Assembly: GCA_903866285.1 (NCBI GenBank)
Contig: CAIPMZ010000063.1
Span: 1-19,665 of the forward strand
Reading direction: 5' to 3'
Length of the DNA: 19,665 nucleotides
Source: an uncultured bacterium
GTDB lineage: Bacteria; Patescibacteriota; Minisyncoccia; Moranbacterales; GWC2-37-73
Part shown: in pieces, positions 15,651-19,665 of the stretch
Position numbering within the stretch: position 1 is the stretch's first letter
How the letters are laid out: each line of letters begins with the position of its first letter
Made by a program: the position numbers and the translations under genes
Notes under the pieces: generated by a model
Told to the model about the DNA's origin: nothing
Seen by the model: only the letters and a program-made list of their open reading frames with translations
Database searches by the model: none

Positions 15651-15756
15651 TGTCATCCTGAATTTATTTCAGGATCTCTCTTATAGAGAATAAACTGAAA
15701 CAAAGAAAGTAGCTTCCGAAACCCTCCAAAGGCGGACAGGCAAATTCAGCATGACA
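15651..15756. repeat. MITE-like 106-bp element with 15-bp terminal inverted repeats
   Basis: tgtcatcctgaattt (15651-15665) against aaattcagcatgaca (15742-15756), 14/15 complementary, in the rsmH-ftsL spacer. No coding capacity. Confidence 0.4.
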
Positions 15757-15765
15757 TTTTTTAAC

Positions 15766-16716
15766 TTACACTTTTTCCACAACTCTTAGCTTCGCACTCC
15801 GAGCTCGAGGATTTTCCTCTAGCTCAGCTTCACTGGCTATGATCGGTTTGCGAGTGATAATTTTAACGATTGGTTTGTTATCACATCTGCACTGTGGAAA
15901 CTCCGGCGGGCAAATACATCCCCTTGCATTTTCCCGAAACCAATTTTTAATTAAGGCGTCTTCACCGGAGTGAAAGGCGATAATCGCTAGTCGCCCACCA
16001 GGCTTTAAAACTTCAATCGCCTGGAAAAGAAACAACCGCAGAGACTCAAGCTCTTGATTTGTTTCCATTCTCAGCGCTTGAAAAGTTTTCGTGGCGCAGT
16101 GGATTTTTTTTCTTTTATAAGAACCAGGCACTGCCGACTCAATAATTGAAACTAATTGTGAGGTCCGCCCTATTTTTTCTTGCCCGCGAACTTCTACAAT
16201 TTTTCTCGCAATTGAACTGGCATATTGCTCATCCCCATATTCTCTTAGAACTCGCGTCAGCTCTGCTTGTGAATATTCATTGACAATCTCCTGCGCTGTA
16301 AGTTTTGCGGTCATATTCATCCGCATATCCAAAGGCGCATCCCCCATGAAACTGATTCCCCTATCAGTGTCCGCGAGTTGATCGGAAGAAATTCCTAAAT
16401 CCGCCAAAATTGCGTCAACTTGATTTATCGCCAAAGAAGTTAGGCTATCTTTTAGCGTTGAAAAATTTTGATTAACCAATAAAATTTCGGTTTTCAAATT
16501 TTCTAAGCTACCCAGCTTCATTTGCTTTTTAAATCTCGCAATCGCAGTCTGGTCTTGATCGAAAGCAATTAACTTACCGCTCTTTCCAATTTTATTTACA
16601 ACTAACTTACTATGCCCACCACCACCTAAGGTTGCGTCCACCACGGTCATCCCAGCTTTTAATTTCAGCGCTTCAACTGTTTCAGCAAGTAAGACGGTTT
16701 TATGAATAGTCTGCAT
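15766..16716 (-). CDS. rsmH: 16S rRNA (cytosine1402-N4)-methyltransferase
   Basis: HKTVLL, DATLGGGGHS and full-length MraW similarity. The track start at 16740 is TTG; an ATG (MQTIHKTVLL) is at 16714-16716. Confidence 0.93.
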   Translation of the reverse strand: MQTIHKTVLLAETVEALKLKAGMTVVDATLGGGGHSKLVVNKIGKSGKLIAFDQDQTAIARFKKQMKLGSLENLKTEILLVNQNFSTLKDSLTSLAINQVDAILADLGISSDQLADTDRGISFMGDAPLDMRMNMTAKLTAQEIVNEYSQAELTRVLREYGDEQYASSIARKIVEVRGQEKIGRTSQLVSIIESAVPGSYKRKKIHCATKTFQALRMETNQELESLRLFLFQAIEVLKPGGRLAIIAFHSGEDALIKNWFRENARGCICPPEFPQCRCDNKPIVKIITRKPIIASEAELEENPRARSAKLRVVEKV

Positions 16717-16828
16717 TAATTTCCAATTTCCAATTTTCAATTTTCAGTCAATTTTCAATGGAATAATTTTCAAACATTTTAATTTTAAAAATTCATCGTA
16801 AATTGTGAATTGTAAATTGTAAATTTTC

Positions 16829-17263
16829 TTAGTATATTCCCAACTTGCCCAATTGTTCGGCCACCTCGGCGCTATTTTCCTCAGCTTTGTTTCGATATGC
16901 TATCCATTTCGCTTCATCCCAGATTTCTAATCTATTGAAAAGCCCAGCCACTGTCACAGATTTATTTAATCCAGCATACTCCTTGAGATAATCTGGCAAC
17001 AAAATCCTTCCCTGACTATCGATATCGCTATCAACAGCACCAGCTAGCATCAACCGCACAAAGCTTCTCGTTGAGGATTCTCCCATTGGAAGATTCCCAA
17101 GTTTTTCCGCCAATGCTTTCCAAGTTTTCAAAGGATAAACAAATAAGCATTTATCTAATCCCCGCGTTACCACCACTTGCGCCCCAAGCTCCTTGCGAAA
17201 CTTCGAAGGAAGCGCCAAGCGCTTTTTAGGATCGACATTGTGTTGGTATTCTCCGATAAACAT
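16829..17263 (-). CDS. mraZ: Transcriptional regulator MraZ
   Basis: Two SpoVT/AbrB-like halves with DxxxR motifs (VDPKKRLALP, IDSQGRILLP). First gene of the dcw cluster. Confidence 0.95.
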   Translation of the reverse strand: MFIGEYQHNVDPKKRLALPSKFRKELGAQVVVTRGLDKCLFVYPLKTWKALAEKLGNLPMGESSTRSFVRLMLAGAVDSDIDSQGRILLPDYLKEYAGLNKSVTVAGLFNRLEIWDEAKWIAYRNKAEENSAEVAEQLGKLGIY

Positions 17264-17382
17264 AAATAGCTGTTAGGTTTTAGCTTCTTTAGCTTTTAGC
17301 CTTCTACCTTTTTAGATTTTTAAAATCTATTTTCTTTTTCTAAAAGATAGTGAAGCTAAAAGCTATTTCCTATTGTTAATTC

Positions 17383-17445
17383 CCCACTTTGTTCCACTTA
17401 GCTACACTGTAATGCAATTCTACTCCACCCACTGGCACTCGTCAA
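17383..17445 (-). promoter_or_regulatory. Putative mraZ promoter (TTGACG-17-TAGAAT) with three 10-bp-phased GTG[GT][GA] MraZ-box-like repeats
   Basis: On the minus strand: -35 at 17445-17440, -10 at 17422-17417, then GTGTAgctaaGTGGAacaaaGTGGG (17407-17383). Extra GTGGG/GTGGA copies lie in the promoter spacer. Confidence 0.55.
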
Positions 17446-17506
17446 CACTTTGTCAAAAATAAAAGCTAGGGCTTTAATAAGCCATCGCTTTTAGTTATCC
17501 ACAGGG

Positions 17507-17664
17507 CATAAGCATATAAACATGTAATCATCTAAGCATACAATCATATAAGCATGTAAGCATATAGACACATAAGCATGTAAGCATGTAAGCATGTAAG
17601 CATGTAATCATGTAATCGTATAGACACATCAGCATATAAACATGTAAGCATGCGAGTATATAAG
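17507..17664. repeat. Degenerate 8-nt tandem repeat (GCATGTAA)n, about 20 units with a 4-unit perfect core at about 17575-17606
   Basis: Direct reading. Explains the spurious ORF 17528-17779, whose translation is periodic (CLHAYMLTCL...). Confidence 0.9.
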
Positions 17665-17665
17665 C

Positions 17666-17704
17666 AAACAAAAAAATACCCTCGCAAAAATGCGAGGGTA
17701 TTTT
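17666..17704 (-). terminator. Rho-independent terminator ending the rplJL transcript
   Basis: Minus strand: TACCCTCGC-ATTTTT-GCGAGGGTA followed by TTTTTTTG. Confidence 0.8.
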
Positions 17705-17802
17705 AAGATATTGGACAACAAATTTGAATTTATTATCTAGCGTAGTGAGAGAAATGAATTCGCCAGATGGAGAATTCATTTCCGAACGAGCGACGATAAC
17801 AA

Positions 17803-17898
17803 AAGGTTTAATACCTCACCGATTTTATCGGTGTGAGCCCAAAGGGTCCAGGGCCTGCCTACCAGTAGGTAGGCTTGCCCTGGGGTATTAATAACCTT
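17803..17898 (-). ncRNA. Candidate ~96-nt three-way-junction structured RNA immediately 3' of the rplL stop
   Basis: P1 AAGGTT(A)TTAATAC / GTATTAAAACCTT-type closing helix (13 bp). P2 CCAGGGC-AA-GCCTACC-TACT-GGTAGGC-AG-GCCCTGG. P3 CTCAC(A)CCGAT-AAA-ATCGGTGAG. GC-rich relative to its surroundings. Confidence 0.35.
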
Positions 17899-18306
17899 TT
17901 ATTTCAAAGTTACGGTTGCGCCAGCTTCTTCCAATTTCTTTTTAATTTCTTCAGCTTGAGCTTTAGCAACTTTTTCTTTGATTACTTTTGGAGCTGCATC
18001 AACTAGGTCTTTAGCTTCTTTTAGTCCAAGCCCAGTGATTTCGCGAACAGCTTTAATCACGTTGATTTTTTGTCCACCAACAGTTGTAACCTCAACATCA
18101 AAATCAGATTTCTCTTCAGCTGCTTCAGCAGCGGCGACAGGAGCAGCTCCCATCATCATTGGAGCGGCTGCAGAAACACCGAATTTTTCTTCCAAAACTT
18201 TCACCAGTTCAGAAAGATCAAGCACGCTCATTTTTTCAATTTCACCAACAAGTTTTTCAAACTTTGCAGGCACCACAACTTCTTTTTTTTCTTCAGTCAT
18301 AGACAT
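17899..18306 (-). CDS. rplL: 50S ribosomal protein L7/L12
   Basis: Typical L12: N-terminal dimerisation helix, Ala-rich hinge ([18 protein letters not shown]), C-terminal domain [23 protein letters not shown]. Confidence 0.97.
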   Translation of the reverse strand: MSMTEEKKEVVVPAKFEKLVGEIEKMSVLDLSELVKVLEEKFGVSAAAPMMMGAAPVAAAEAAEEKSDFDVEVTTVGGQKINVIKAVREITGLGLKEAKDLVDAAPKVIKEKVAKAQAEEIKKKLEEAGATVTLK

Positions 18307-18448
18307 TAGGTTTTAGGTTTTAGCTTCACTAGCTTATAGCGAAGACAAAGACTAAAATATATTTTAATTAATTTATCATTCAATATCCTAAAAGCTAACA
18401 AGTTTACCCTGTGGCAAATGCCATTGGGGCTATCAGCTATAAGCTAAT

Positions 18449-18970
18449 CTAAGCTTTTTGCTCTTTAACAGCGTTTAATACTTGAACTAATCCGCGCAAG
18501 TTACCAGCCAAAACATTGACGAAGCCAGAGATTGGAGCATTGAGGGTTCCAACCAATTGTCCGAGCAATTGCTCCTTTGAAGGAACTTTAGCTAGCGCCT
18601 TAACCTCAGCCATACTCATCAATTGACTGCCGAGCACCCCACCGAGCATTTTAACGTTCTCGTTAGTTTTGGCAAAAGTATCAATGATTTTGGCAGCTGA
18701 AACTTCATCTTGGTTAGATAAAGACAAAGCAATTTGACCTTCCATCTTTGCAATGCTAGCACCTTCAATACCTGCGTTTTTAAGCGCAATATCAATCAAG
18801 GTTTTTCGCACAACGACATAACTCACCCCAGCTTCGCGCAAAGATTTCTTTAAAATTGTTGCATCTTTAACTTTCAAACCTTTAAAATCAACAAACACTG
18901 CTGATTTAGCTGCTTTAATTTTTTCAGTCAGCTCTTTTACAAGTTCCTGCTTTTGATTTCTTGTTAACAT
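18449..18970 (-). CDS. rplJ: 50S ribosomal protein L10
   Basis: L10-like sequence (VFVDFKGLKVKDATILKKSLREAGVSYVVVRKTL), located directly upstream of rplL. Confidence 0.93.
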   Translation of the reverse strand: MLTRNQKQELVKELTEKIKAAKSAVFVDFKGLKVKDATILKKSLREAGVSYVVVRKTLIDIALKNAGIEGASIAKMEGQIALSLSNQDEVSAAKIIDTFAKTNENVKMLGGVLGSQLMSMAEVKALAKVPSKEQLLGQLVGTLNAPISGFVNVLAGNLRGLVQVLNAVKEQKA

Positions 18971-19090
18971 TTGTGTCTTCTACGAATTACGAACACATAC
19001 GAATGTACGAAAGTATTCTAGCTTAAATTTTATAATTAAATAAGCTAAACCTGTATTCGTATATTCGTAATGATTCGTATTTCGTAGGGA

Positions 19091-19118
19091 TTAAAAAAAT
19101 CTGCGTTTCCGCAGATCG
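19091..19118 (-). terminator. Intrinsic terminator hairpin between rpsP and rplJ, possibly the terminator arm of an attenuator
   Basis: Minus strand: ATCTGCG-GAAA-CGCAGAT followed by TTTTTT. Confidence 0.7.
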
Positions 19119-19251
19119 ACCTTTGGTACCTTAAGAACATTTTCAAAAAATGCGCTTACGGTTCCTCGACAGGACTTGCACTTTTTCAAGCTGCCTGTTG
19201 TCTGCGGAAAATACTATTTTGTTGTTATATCTTAAATTTCAATAATCTTTA

Positions 19252-19665
19252 TTAGGCAGCCACTGGAGTTTCAACTTCTTCTTTCTTCTCCTCTTCAACT
19301 TTTTCAGCCACTTTCGCTGGAGTAGCAGTAACTTCTGCAACGGCTGGCTTTGGCTCAGCTTCAACAGGGGCTACTTCAACTGGCGCAACGACTGGTTTTG
19401 GTCTTTCCATTTTCACAGCTCGTTTCTTTCCTTCAAGCGCACCTTCTCTAATGCAAAGGTTATAAACACTGTCAGAAAGCTGAGCTCCCTTGCCAATCCA
19501 TTCTTTAATCTTATCAATCTTCAAAACAGCCTTTTTTTGATGTGGGTCATAGCTACCAAGGACTGCCACGTGTTTACCGGTTGGGGCCATGGTGTGCTGT
19601 TGCAAAACAATTCTGAATTGAGCCTTATTCTTTCTTCCCACTCTTGAAAATCTAATAGTCAACAT
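19252..19665 (-). CDS. rpsP: 30S ribosomal protein S16 with a long Ala/Pro/Val/Glu-rich C-terminal extension
   Basis: MLTIRFSRVGRKNKAQFRIV... is a canonical S16 N-terminus. The ATG sits at the last 3 nt of the window. About 50 extra low-complexity residues at the C-terminus. Confidence 0.93.
   Translation of the reverse strand: MLTIRFSRVGRKNKAQFRIVLQQHTMAPTGKHVAVLGSYDPHQKKAVLKIDKIKEWIGKGAQLSDSVYNLCIREGALEGKKRAVKMERPKPVVAPVEVAPVEAEPKPAVAEVTATPAKVAEKVEEEKKEEVETPVAA

Noticed and set aside
17495-17503. Perfect consensus DnaA box TTATCCACA next to AT-rich repeats; possible oriC
   Set aside because: A single box, which could occur by chance in a window of this size. There is no cluster of boxes, no dnaA/dnaN nearby and no switch in gene orientation around it.
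17528-17779. 83-aa minus-strand ORF
   Set aside because: It is the translation of the octamer satellite (periodic CLHAYMLTCL peptide) and crosses the rplL terminator.
17978-18316. Plus-strand ORFs antisense to rplL
   Set aside because: Mirror ORFs of a highly expressed, Ala/Lys/Glu-rich gene, with Ser/Thr/Phe-rich translations and no signals.
1-19665. Alternative genetic code (e.g. UGA recoding as in some candidate phyla)
   Set aside because: All conserved genes are full-length and end at expected positions under the standard bacterial code. No in-frame UGA interruptions are needed.

Overview
All-but-one genes are on the minus strand. The gene content and AT-rich, repeat-filled spacers suggest a small-genome uncultivated bacterium, possibly Patescibacteria/CPR (inference only); long standard-code ORFs argue against recoding. 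Two zones are visible. Left (1-5313) is an accessory-looking block that appears more AT-rich by eye: RadC/JAB, an HsdM-type m6A methyltransferase with no HsdS or HsdR in the window, an NYN/LabA-like PIN-fold protein, a 136-aa unknown, a Cas4-like PD-(D/E)XK nuclease, a membrane-anchored coiled-coil protein and the start of another gene behind twin palindromic sites. This is my best candidate for an undescribed methylation-linked nuclease/defence module. Right (5531-19665) is housekeeping. It holds a thioredoxin-CcdA fusion, uppS, ispG and a short-chain prenyl synthase, with the first three bracketed by a perfect 39-bp inverted repeat. Next come a lone plus-strand unknown gene, tRNA-Glu(CUC) embedded in two perfect 81-bp palindromic repeats, and a dcw cluster (mraZ-rsmH-ftsL-ftsI-[RhuM]-murF) with RhuM in the murE position. 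The window ends with rplL, rplJ and rpsP. Spacers carry oligomer 'word' repeats arranged as imperfect long palindromes, plus several candidate structured RNAs and regulatory sites: MraZ boxes, an attenuator-like element before rplJ and a three-way-junction element after rplL. All calls come from reading the sequence and motifs; no database search was possible.
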